Virus record (IMG/VR): IMGVR_UViG_3300027743_000032
Coordinates: 1 to 59,750 of that record
Source of the DNA: a virus
Lineage: Duplodnaviria > Caudoviricetes
DNA length: 59,750 nucleotides
Strand: one strand, 5' to 3'
Of this stretch, positions 8,906 through 17,150 are shown piece after piece. The notes beneath the pieces were generated by a model. That model made no database searches, was not told where the DNA came from, and worked only from the letters and a program-made list of their open reading frames with translations. Positions within the stretch are counted from its first letter, which is position 1. Every line of letters begins with the position of its first letter. The position numbers were made by a program, and so were the translations under genes.

Positions 8906-8934
8906 TTGACCCCACAGCACCACCCATGTATAAT
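8906..8934 (+). promoter_or_regulatory. Sigma70-type promoter TTGACC-17-TATAAT for the packaging/structural arm
   Basis: Near-consensus hexamers with 17-bp spacing, 65 bp upstream of the ATG at 8999. Confidence 0.75.
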
Positions 8935-8998
8935 CGTCCCAAGCACATCCCACAAGTGCCCATCCCACACCCTGCCCGCAGTTCCATCCCTTAGCCTG

Positions 8999-9469
8999 AT
9001 GACAACCCCAACACTACTCCCATCCGATCAAGCAGTCGGCTATCTTATCGCATCCGGCGGTAACTCAAAACTGGCCGCTGTTCAAGCCACCAAAGAACTC
9101 TCCACCACTATCACAGAAGCCCAACTTCTCGCCTCTATAACTAATGATCCCAACTCACTCGCCCCGCTCACACAACAACTGAACCTCTTATTAATCCTCA
9201 ACACAGTCGAAAGCCTACGCCTCAGCCACCACGCATTCATCCAAGCACTCCCCAATCTCAGCGCCAAAGACGCCGCCCAAACTTACATTAAGTTACTCCA
9301 GACGCTCACTAATATCGCGCGACCCGATCTATCCCAACCAGACCCCTCTAGGGAAGGTGTGAAAGGCCCCCTCAATCCAGATCAAGTTCTCGAAGCCCTG
9401 CCTCCCGACGTACAAAGCGCTATCAAACTTCTGATGGATGCTCGTGGTAACAGCAGCTCAGCAGAGTGA
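8999..9469 (+). CDS. Probable terminase small subunit
   Basis: Helical 156-aa ORF immediately upstream of, and overlapping, the large terminase; positional call. Confidence 0.5.
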   Translation: MTTPTLLPSDQAVGYLIASGGNSKLAAVQATKELSTTITEAQLLASITNDPNSLAPLTQQLNLLLILNTVESLRLSHHAFIQALPNLSAKDAAQTYIKLLQTLTNIARPDLSQPDPSREGVKGPLNPDQVLEALPPDVQSAIKLLMDARGNSSSAE

Positions 9470-10985
9470 CGCGCTAGCCACAATCGCCGCGTTCATAAAG
9501 AAGCAGTCAGAGCCTCCAGCTCCACCCAATATCGCTGACTGGGCAGAAGCTAACTTCTATATCCCTACCGATATCGGCCAAAACAAACTCATCAAACTCC
9601 TCCCCCACCAGCGCGTCATACTAGAACTGTTCTTTAACCCAGCACATGCCCAAGCATTAAACTGTGGCCCCAACTTCCAGACACTCGTTTACTCAACTAT
9701 TAAAAAGTCAGGTAAGACCGCAATCGCAGCGGTCGTAGCACGTTGGATCACAGAGACGTGGGGATCACACAGCGAAGTATTCAGCCTCGCCAACGACCTC
9801 GAACAAGCGCGAGGCAGAATCTACCAAGCGGCCCTAACCAGCATCGAACTCGACCCCTCTTTCAGACGCCAACACAAAGGCATCCCTCACCGATGGCGCA
9901 TCATCGAGCGTCAAGCTACGCACCTACCCTCCTCGTCTACATTAAAGGCTGTCTCCGCAGACTACAAAGGCGAGGCAGGTTCAAACCCAGTCGCAACCCT
10001 GTGGTCAGAGCTATGGGGGTACGAGTCGGAATCCTCAATCCGACTTTGGGAAGAACTAACTCCCGTCCCCACACGTCCCAGATCGATAAGATACGTAGAA
10101 ACCTACGCCGGGTACGAAGGCGAATCTGCGATCCTAAACGAACTCGAAGATCGCATCAAGAAAGACGGCATCAGATTAACTCGCCACCAGCTTATTAATC
10201 TCGGCCTCGACTGGCCGTTCCCAGACGCAGAACTCCCATTCTATTATCATCCTCCCACACGCACATTCGCCTACTGGGATACCGGACTTGCCGCACGCAG
10301 AATGCCCTGGCAAACCCCAGAATATTATTCAGCCCAGGAAGGCGAACTACGTCCCTCAGCCTACCGCAGACTTCACCTCAACGAAAGAGTATCCAACGCA
10401 GAAACCTTCATCCAAAAAGAGTGGTGGTCACGACTTGCCCGCACCTCATCGCCTCTCACGAAGAACACTCCTATCGTTGTTGCTGCAGACGCCAGCGTTA
10501 CGGGTGACTGCACCGCACTCGTCGCCGTCTCACGCGACCCCGCCCAACCAGATCAGGTGGAACAACATCTATGCCGTGTCTGGCACCCTACCGCAGCTCT
10601 TCCTCTCGACTACTCACAAACTATCGAACCTACGCTGCGTGAGTGGTGTAAAAACTACAACGTGGTCCAGATCGCTTACGACGCATATCAACTTCACGAC
10701 CTGATGACCCGTCTCAGAAACGACGGTGTAGCCTGGACACGTTCATTCTCACAGAACGCAGAACGCTCTATCGCAGATAAACAACTATTCGACCTCATCA
10801 GAGACGCCAGAATCCATCACACAGGCGACCCCACCTTGGCAGAGCACCTCTATAATTGCGGAGCCAAAGTCCCAGCAGGCGACAACTCTCGACTTCGGCT
10901 CGTCAAGAAAGCACAACGCTCCAAAATCGATGCCGCAGTAGCACTCTCAATGGCAGCCTCCGAGTGTCTCCGTCTCAACTTATGA
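9438..10985 (+). CDS. terL: Terminase large subunit
   Basis: LLPHQ Q-motif, KKSGKT Walker A, GSNP..WSE Walker B region, VVAADAS nuclease Asp, AYDAYQ, KIDAAVALSMA C-terminal motif. Confidence 0.92.
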   Translation: MLVVTAAQQSDALATIAAFIKKQSEPPAPPNIADWAEANFYIPTDIGQNKLIKLLPHQRVILELFFNPAHAQALNCGPNFQTLVYSTIKKSGKTAIAAVVARWITETWGSHSEVFSLANDLEQARGRIYQAALTSIELDPSFRRQHKGIPHRWRIIERQATHLPSSSTLKAVSADYKGEAGSNPVATLWSELWGYESESSIRLWEELTPVPTRPRSIRYVETYAGYEGESAILNELEDRIKKDGIRLTRHQLINLGLDWPFPDAELPFYYHPPTRTFAYWDTGLAARRMPWQTPEYYSAQEGELRPSAYRRLHLNERVSNAETFIQKEWWSRLARTSSPLTKNTPIVVAADASVTGDCTALVAVSRDPAQPDQVEQHLCRVWHPTAALPLDYSQTIEPTLREWCKNYNVVQIAYDAYQLHDLMTRLRNDGVAWTRSFSQNAERSIADKQLFDLIRDARIHHTGDPTLAEHLYNCGAKVPAGDNSRLRLVKKAQRSKIDAAVALSMAASECLRLNL

Positions 10986-11081
10986 CCCAGAACGAAACCG
11001 CGTGGCTCTGAATAAGGACAGCACCTTGCTCACTATAAACGTTCGAACCACCGCAACCAACCCCCTCCACGGTGAAGGGCT

Positions 11082-11345
11082 GTGACAGCGTACAACACCC
11101 ACACGACGCCTCCGATCGCCAGGGGCGAAGAATATCGAAAGCGCCTGCAGCATTTTCTAAGAGAAGGTTCGTTATACATACAGTCAACGAACCATGTGAT
11201 AATTAAACGTTTGGTACTAGAAGGCCACGCCAACAGCTTCGCTTATGGGATTTGTTGCTTCCGCTGCGACACAATCTCCTGGACACCAGAAGATGTCAAT
11301 GGACGCTACTGCCCCAAGTGTAGAATCTACCACGGCGCTACGTAA
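11082..11345 (+). CDS. Zinc-finger protein, tandem paralogue 1
   Basis: CFRCDTISWTPEDVNGRYCPKC. Confidence 0.65.
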   Translation: MTAYNTHTTPPIARGEEYRKRLQHFLREGSLYIQSTNHVIIKRLVLEGHANSFAYGICCFRCDTISWTPEDVNGRYCPKCRIYHGAT

Positions 11346-11553
11346 TTTTCTAGAATGGGGCGACATCATAAGACAAACCTCAGAATACGCTATCATCAGG
11401 CGCTACTACATAAGCAACTTAGCCCATCCTTTCACACACCACTCCATGTATACTCTCGGCACACACGAGTACGGGATCGGTTGCTTCTCGTGCGGAAAAA
11501 TCTCGTGGAATCTCGCAGACGTGAACGCCCGGAGCTGCGAGTTCTGTGACTGA
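11293..11553 (+). CDS. Zinc-finger protein, tandem paralogue 2
   Basis: CFSCGKISWNLADVNARSCEFC; start approximate. Confidence 0.6.
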   Translation: MSMDATAPSVESTTALRNFLEWGDIIRQTSEYAIIRRYYISNLAHPFTHHSMYTLGTHEYGIGCFSCGKISWNLADVNARSCEFCD

Positions 11554-11667
11554 CTGGAACTGGTTTTCGTTCGTAGTCGGTATTGTAGCTGGCGTAGGAC
11601 TGACGTGGGTACTGGTTCTCGTAGAACAGGCTCGCCACGCTGAAGAAACCGACCACCGCTTCAGACC

Positions 11668-12498
11668 ATGACACGTCTCGACGTTCCTTATATCAGTCAG
11701 CTAATAAACGGCTCCGGCGGCAATAACTGTGGCCCCGCCTGTTTGTCGATGGCTCTCGCCTACAGGGGTGTGATACCCCCGACGCAGGAGGCGATGCTGC
11801 AGGTAGCCGACATCACACGCGATGGTAGCTTAAACAACGTAGGTATGACCGGAGGTTACGTTAACTTCCAGCAACTTGCGATGGCAGCCGGTTGGTATGG
11901 TCAGTCAGTAACTTGGATTTATTCTTGGGAATCCGTTAATAACTCTATTCAGAATAATGAACCCGTCATCATCCTCCTCGACAACATCCCGCTCCAACCA
12001 CGCCAGTATCCGGTTTCTCCTGCGTGGAACGCCCACCACTTTATCTTACTTACTGGCGACAACCCCGCTCAGGATGATCCAAACAGATATAGCAGCGATC
12101 CGCTCTCATACTACGTACAAGCGCCTTACTTCTACACTGAAGCCTCTACAAGACAAGGCGTAGCCAATCTAGGCGCTGTGCAGGCGATGGCACTACAGCC
12201 TATCGACCGTCCACCACCGCCTCAGCCAGAACCGGAGAAGATCATGTTGATGGAAGATTGGCAGATCAGAGCGTGGGTACTTCAGGATTTATATGCCTGG
12301 GCAGGTATCCCATACAATCCTGACGATCCTACATCACAAGGCTGGGTGAATGCATTACGAGCTGGTCACTATCTCGGACGACCACGCACCACCGGCCGTC
12401 CATACGGTGAAGGTGATCAGGCTGGTGTGTGGGCTGAATTTGATTACGGCGTGCTGTGGGCACGCGCCTCCGACGGCGCAACTTCATGGACAGGATAG
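11668..12498 (+). CDS. Peptidase C39-like cysteine protease, probable endolysin with C-terminal LGFP-like binding module
   Basis: LDVPYISQ..NNCGPACLSMAL, HHFILLTG, SDP catalytic pattern; YLGRP...AEFDYGVL tail. Confidence 0.75.
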   Translation: MTRLDVPYISQLINGSGGNNCGPACLSMALAYRGVIPPTQEAMLQVADITRDGSLNNVGMTGGYVNFQQLAMAAGWYGQSVTWIYSWESVNNSIQNNEPVIILLDNIPLQPRQYPVSPAWNAHHFILLTGDNPAQDDPNRYSSDPLSYYVQAPYFYTEASTRQGVANLGAVQAMALQPIDRPPPPQPEPEKIMLMEDWQIRAWVLQDLYAWAGIPYNPDDPTSQGWVNALRAGHYLGRPRTTGRPYGEGDQAGVWAEFDYGVLWARASDGATSWTG

Positions 12499-12692
12499 CA
12501 AACACATGATCGCAGAGCGTATGCCGGACGTAGCTCAGCCAGAACGCCCCTCACCAGACAAACCAGCCGACGTAGAACCGATCAAACCACCCGGAACCAA
12601 ACCAGCCCCTCCACCAGACGAAGAAGAACCCGAAGAACTCCAACCGGTCGTACCCGAACCTCAGCCTCAGCCAGATCAGCCCCAACAATAAC

Positions 12693-12803
12693 ATGCCTTT
12701 GTGGGTCATAGTCGTCGTCATGGCAGTCATATTAACAGTTGTCCTCGTGTATTCCATGCTGGCTGGTACGGACGGCGACGACGGCGATCTGTACAATAAC
12801 TAA
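12693..12803 (+). CDS. 36-aa single-TM membrane protein
   Basis: MPLWVIVVVMAVILTVVLVYSMLAGTDGDDGDLYNN, read directly from the sequence. Confidence 0.5.
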   Translation: MPLWVIVVVMAVILTVVLVYSMLAGTDGDDGDLYNN

Positions 12804-12804
12804 T

Positions 12805-14112
12805 GTGCGACCTTGGCATATCGCTGGCTTCACTATTGGTACGTTACTCGTACTGCTTCTTCTTCGTTATTGTGAAGTCGCAGCCTACGGACAGAGCACT
12901 CTCCCCAGCCCACTAACTCTCTGTCACGCTACAGGTGCGGGTACTTATACAACTCTCACATTCGCCAACCCCAACGTTGCAGCCGCGCAGCCTCACATTA
13001 ATAACCCCGACGATCTAGTACCAGCACCATTAGTGAATGGAGTTTATCAGTGTCCAGCAACCCTACAGACGAGAACGCCTACACCGTCCGCGACAAGTTC
13101 ACCCACGATAACACCACTATCGTCCCCGACCGCGGCCGTATCACCTTCACCGTCGATAGCTCCCGCCCCAACGAGTACGCCTTCACCGTCAGTGACGCCG
13201 ACGGCAATATCCTCGGTGACGGTATCTTCACCGACATCGAGTTCAGCATCGCCTCCTTCCACATCAGTCAGCAGCCCGACATCCCAGCAAAGCCAGACCC
13301 AGCCCAACCAGAGTGACGGGACGCAGAACCTACTAATCTGTGAAAGCCTACCTGGTGGACTGCGTGAAATCCGCATCAAAGAGAGAGAATGGCCGCAGTA
13401 CCGAAGCCGAAGTACACCCGGGCCTTGTCGTACAGCAACCCCCTCACCTACCGTCTCGGTGACACCATCCCCACCACCTTTAATCGATTCGAACGTGGTG
13501 ATGTCCCCCACGACGACGATCACAGCCCCTCTAGAAAGCGACCTTTCCAGCACAGCCACATCCACACCCACCGCGCCAGAATTACCACCACCCACGACCA
13601 TTCCCACTGGCACGGAGACAGCCGAACCACCAGAAACCACCACAGCACTACCATCAGAACCAGCCCCAGCTCAGAGCCTCCCGACGCCGCAGCCTAATCA
13701 GATTAGCCCCACACAGACACCCGTATTCATAACCCTTCCTCCTATACAAGTTCCAGTCATAGTACAGCAGACAGTTGTTATCGTGCAAACTCAGCTCGTA
13801 CCACAGATAATCGAGGTTACGGTTGTCGTCTCCGCCACACCTGCACCCACTACCACCACCGCGCCAACGTCCACCCTCACGCCTACTCCGCTTCCAACTG
13901 CGAGTGGGACTGTGGCTAATGGAACACGTACTGGTGTGGTCGGAACTCAACGTCCAACGAACACTGACACTCTGCCTGACAATAATCGTTCTAACCTTAA
14001 TTTTTATGCTCATTATGGCCCAGCCGATCCCCTCCTCCGCGCGTTAATACTCGCTTCCAGCGTAGGGATGGGTGTGACACTTGGCTTCCTTGCAGCAAGG
14101 CTTAGGCCCTAG
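12805..14112 (+). CDS. Secreted, membrane-anchored Pro/Thr/Ser-rich (mucin-like) surface protein
   Basis: Signal peptide ending AAYG, LCHATG...CP small domain, second IC...GPC domain, long PTS tracts, C-terminal TM followed by RLRP. Confidence 0.75.
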   Translation: MRPWHIAGFTIGTLLVLLLLRYCEVAAYGQSTLPSPLTLCHATGAGTYTTLTFANPNVAAAQPHINNPDDLVPAPLVNGVYQCPATLQTRTPTPSATSSPTITPLSSPTAAVSPSPSIAPAPTSTPSPSVTPTAISSVTVSSPTSSSASPPSTSVSSPTSQQSQTQPNQSDGTQNLLICESLPGGLREIRIKEREWPQYRSRSTPGPCRTATPSPTVSVTPSPPPLIDSNVVMSPTTTITAPLESDLSSTATSTPTAPELPPPTTIPTGTETAEPPETTTALPSEPAPAQSLPTPQPNQISPTQTPVFITLPPIQVPVIVQQTVVIVQTQLVPQIIEVTVVVSATPAPTTTTAPTSTLTPTPLPTASGTVANGTRTGVVGTQRPTNTDTLPDNNRSNLNFYAHYGPADPLLRALILASSVGMGVTLGFLAARLRP

Positions 14113-14140
14113 TGCTAGTCCGAACGTACCACCGGCCCAG

Positions 14141-14458
14141 ATGGCAACGGCAGTGTTTGTTTTCAGACAAATCATCTGTCTATTGTTCATCACAGGTTGG
14201 CTCGTCATGTTCTGTTTCGACACATTCTTCGATACAGGGGAAGCCCTACTCCCGTTCTGGTTCAACTGCATCGGGATGGGTGTACTCGCGTTCTCACTCG
14301 GCATCAACGTAGAAAGCCTCATGTCATTCAGAGGCGTCAGCTTTATCCCACCAACCGCTCCACCAATTCAGCAAGCACAGTACACACCACCCCCTATTCA
14401 GACCGCGCCTCCAACGCAGCCAACCCGCCCGTACGTGCCACCAGACGCTAGAAAGTGA
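14141..14458 (+). CDS. Two-TM membrane protein, holin candidate
   Basis: Two hydrophobic helices and a Pro-rich tail, within the lysis cassette. Confidence 0.5.
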   Translation: MATAVFVFRQIICLLFITGWLVMFCFDTFFDTGEALLPFWFNCIGMGVLAFSLGINVESLMSFRGVSFIPPTAPPIQQAQYTPPPIQTAPPTQPTRPYVPPDARK

Positions 14459-14562
14459 GCGAGCATGTTCCGGCGTGGGCCTTAATAACTGGGGCCACGT
14501 TGTTCATCGGCGTGTTCGTCCTATTAGGAATCGCTATCTGGCTTAATCGTCGTAAACCATGA
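14455..14562 (+). CDS. 35-aa single-TM protein
   Basis: MSEHVPAWALITGATLFIGVFVLLGIAIWLNRRKP; GTGA and ATGA overlaps on both sides. Confidence 0.6.
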   Translation: MSEHVPAWALITGATLFIGVFVLLGIAIWLNRRKP

Positions 14563-14915
14563 ACTTCAATGATCGTTTCTCGCGCCTCGCACGTAAAGTG
14601 TCCCGTGCAACCGGAAGTCCTTGGGCGTCGTTAATCGCCTTCTTTACGATCATAGTATGGTTCATCGTTGGCTTCTTCGTCGGCTTCAGCGATACTCACC
14701 AGCTTATCATAAATACCGGAACTACTATTATAACGTTTCTCATGGTCTTTCTTATCCAAGCTAGTCAGAACCACGACACCGATGCGCTCAATCTCAAGCT
14801 GGATGCCTTAATTAAGGCGATCAACGAAGCCAGCGATGAAATCACAGGCGCAGAGGATATGTCCCCCGACGAGCTAAAGTCTCGTCTAAGGGAGCTTAAA
14901 GATGAGCGTTCTTGA
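14559..14915 (+). CDS. Low-affinity iron permease family protein (Fet4-like, Iron_permease)
   Basis: GSPWA...FSDTHQLIINTGTTIITFLMVFLIQASQNHDTDALNLKLDALI is the hallmark motif of this family. Confidence 0.88.
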   Translation: MNFNDRFSRLARKVSRATGSPWASLIAFFTIIVWFIVGFFVGFSDTHQLIINTGTTIITFLMVFLIQASQNHDTDALNLKLDALIKAINEASDEITGAEDMSPDELKSRLRELKDERS

Positions 14916-15057
14916 TACCGTGTTGGTTGTACTCGCTTGTGTGTTCTTCTTCATCGCAGGTGTCAGCGTTCACATTCGCAATCCCCCGCAACCGTCTATC
15001 AATTGGTTAGCGTGGGGTTTATTCTGTTGGGCACTGAGCGCACTACCGTTCTTCTAA
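14902..15057 (+). CDS. 51-aa two-TM membrane protein
   Basis: MSVLDTVLVVLACVFFFIAGVS...INWLAWGLFCWALSALPFF; AGGGAG RBS. Confidence 0.55.
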   Translation: MSVLDTVLVVLACVFFFIAGVSVHIRNPPQPSINWLAWGLFCWALSALPFF

Positions 15058-15123
15058 ACGACGCCTCTTACTTCTGCAAAAGTCGCCCGAACCCCACCAC
15101 CACACGGCTTCGCCTGAAGGGCT

Positions 15124-16623
15124 GTGACAGTGAGTTCCTCTATTAGCTTGCCAAACCCGGCCAGTAGAATCGTAGAACAACCACCGCAGGGGTCTATCCC
15201 CGGCGGCGGTTTGGGTATTGGCAATCTGATCATCAACGTCGCCAGTGCTGCAGATACGATTGTACCGTGGGGAACCAGTCCGACGCAGCGTGACAATCAA
15301 TTAAGGGCATTTTGGCCCACAGAGCCAGTGTTTGCCTCGGCCTTATTCACAACCGTCGCACAGTATACCGCATTCCCTTGGGCATTGTTAGGCCCTCATA
15401 GAACCGTACGCCTCGCACAAGACATGCTCAGTGGAGTAGAGTTCGGTCAGGGTTGGGAATCCTTGATGGAACCCTTCTTGATCGATTATTTCACACAAGA
15501 CAACGGTGCGTTCCTGGAAATCGTACGCACAGACGACAGCCCTACTGCGCCTGTTATTAGCTTAAATCATCTCGACGCGAACAAGTGCGAGCGCACAGGC
15601 CGTTATCAAACTCCTGTGATCTATACTGATCGTGTGGGGAATCGACATACGTTAAAGTGGTACAACGTCATTGCGATGAGCGAGTTCCCTTCACCAATCG
15701 AGGAAGCTCATGGTGTGGGTTATTCGGCATTAACTCGCGTACTTCGTAGCGCCCAGATCATGCGTGATGTTGGTATCGTTAATCACGAAAAAGCCTCCGG
15801 TCGTTTCACACGTCAGGTGCATCTTGTAGGCGGTGTGCAAACTCGCATCATCGAAGATGCTATGGCCCAGAAACAGGCGGCAGCTGATGCACAAGGTTTT
15901 CTCCGGTACATACAGCCGCTTATCGTGGCCAGTCTCGACCCGACATCGCGTATCTCGAAAGAGACAATTGACCTTGCTTCGATCCCAGAAGAGTACGACG
16001 AAGCGAAATCTCTACAGACGTACATTACAATCCTCGCAATGGCGTTCGGTGGCGATTATCAATCTTACGCTCCGCTGCCTGGTGGTGGCCTCGGAACGGC
16101 CACGCAAGCTAAAGTTCTAAACATGAAGTCCCGAGGTAAAGGCCCGGGACTGTTTATGAAGCATATAGAACGCATATTTAACTTTCAAGGTATCTTGCCT
16201 CGCAGCGTTACGTTCAAGTTCGGTGAGCAGGACGTAGCTGCGCAGATGGAACAGACAGAACTGCGCAGGGCGCGTGCGCTTGAGCGTGAAATCAGAGTAC
16301 GCTCAGGCGAAATCACCACGGAAGTTGCACGTCAGCTCGCAGTAGACGCCGGCGACCTGGATGAGCGTTATCTTCTGATGATGCAGGAAGATAACGCCAC
16401 AGACGAAATCGTAGGTGACGACACTACTCCAACCAGCCCGGTACATCCTTCTGATATCGAACCCGGAATGGCCGGGCCTAAAGAACCACCTAAAGCGTCA
16501 CAGGGTGGTCAGGTTGGTGCGCCAATTGCACCCGCCAATTCTAACGATAGGCGTCCACGCAGCGTCGAAACATCACAGGGCCGTACGCCAGGCGGCACAC
16601 CTGAAGGTGGGGCGCGACCGTAA
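15124..16623 (+). CDS. Portal protein
   Basis: About 500 aa between terminase and protease; DNGAFLEI, GYSALTR, SGEITTEVARQ portal-like segments. Confidence 0.8.
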   Translation: MTVSSSISLPNPASRIVEQPPQGSIPGGGLGIGNLIINVASAADTIVPWGTSPTQRDNQLRAFWPTEPVFASALFTTVAQYTAFPWALLGPHRTVRLAQDMLSGVEFGQGWESLMEPFLIDYFTQDNGAFLEIVRTDDSPTAPVISLNHLDANKCERTGRYQTPVIYTDRVGNRHTLKWYNVIAMSEFPSPIEEAHGVGYSALTRVLRSAQIMRDVGIVNHEKASGRFTRQVHLVGGVQTRIIEDAMAQKQAAADAQGFLRYIQPLIVASLDPTSRISKETIDLASIPEEYDEAKSLQTYITILAMAFGGDYQSYAPLPGGGLGTATQAKVLNMKSRGKGPGLFMKHIERIFNFQGILPRSVTFKFGEQDVAAQMEQTELRRARALEREIRVRSGEITTEVARQLAVDAGDLDERYLLMMQEDNATDEIVGDDTTPTSPVHPSDIEPGMAGPKEPPKASQGGQVGAPIAPANSNDRRPRSVETSQGRTPGGTPEGGARP

Positions 16624-17135
16624 TGGCCGTTCGCAGCGGAATCAGGGTATCGTTCACTCCTATTGCTACTCGCCGGCTTAATCTGATTAGGACTGCGGGC
16701 ATAGAGAAAGACCTGAAAACATATACCAAAGAGTTCGCTGAGGACATCATCAAAGACCTCAAAGAGTATCCTCCACCACCCAGCGGTTCATTCCAAGGCC
16801 AGCGCCGCAGTCGTAGCGGTACGCGATTCACGAGGCGCGGCGAAGGCAGGATCGGTGGTGAATACGAACGCACCGGCGACCTTCGCAGAGCGTGGAAAGC
16901 CGATCCTAACTTCAGTGGCGGCCGCATCGCTTATGTGATTAGTAATATGGTGCGTGACCGCAGACGTGGCAGATACTATGCACGTCTCGTACACGGCGGC
17001 CCTGACGGTTCAGGTCAGTGGTGGTTCCACGCCAGAACAGGCTGGCTTCGTGTCGATGAAGCTGTGTACGGTAGGGGAGGCCGTGGCGGCTTCCGTGAAG
17101 GTGCACAGTACATCATCGAAGATCACATTGGGTAG
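16623..17135 (+). CDS. HK97 gp10-like neck/tail-completion protein
   Basis: YERTGDLRRAW and YARLVHG motifs; basic protein. Confidence 0.55.
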   Translation: MAVRSGIRVSFTPIATRRLNLIRTAGIEKDLKTYTKEFAEDIIKDLKEYPPPPSGSFQGQRRSRSGTRFTRRGEGRIGGEYERTGDLRRAWKADPNFSGGRIAYVISNMVRDRRRGRYYARLVHGGPDGSGQWWFHARTGWLRVDEAVYGRGGRGGFREGAQYIIEDHIG

Positions 17136-17150
17136 GAAGGACGCAATAAC

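Noticed and set aside
8747-8998. Pro/His/Thr-rich N-terminal extension of the terS ORF
   Set aside because: An artefact of the G-poor tract, which contains the promoter; the real start is more likely the ATG at 8999.
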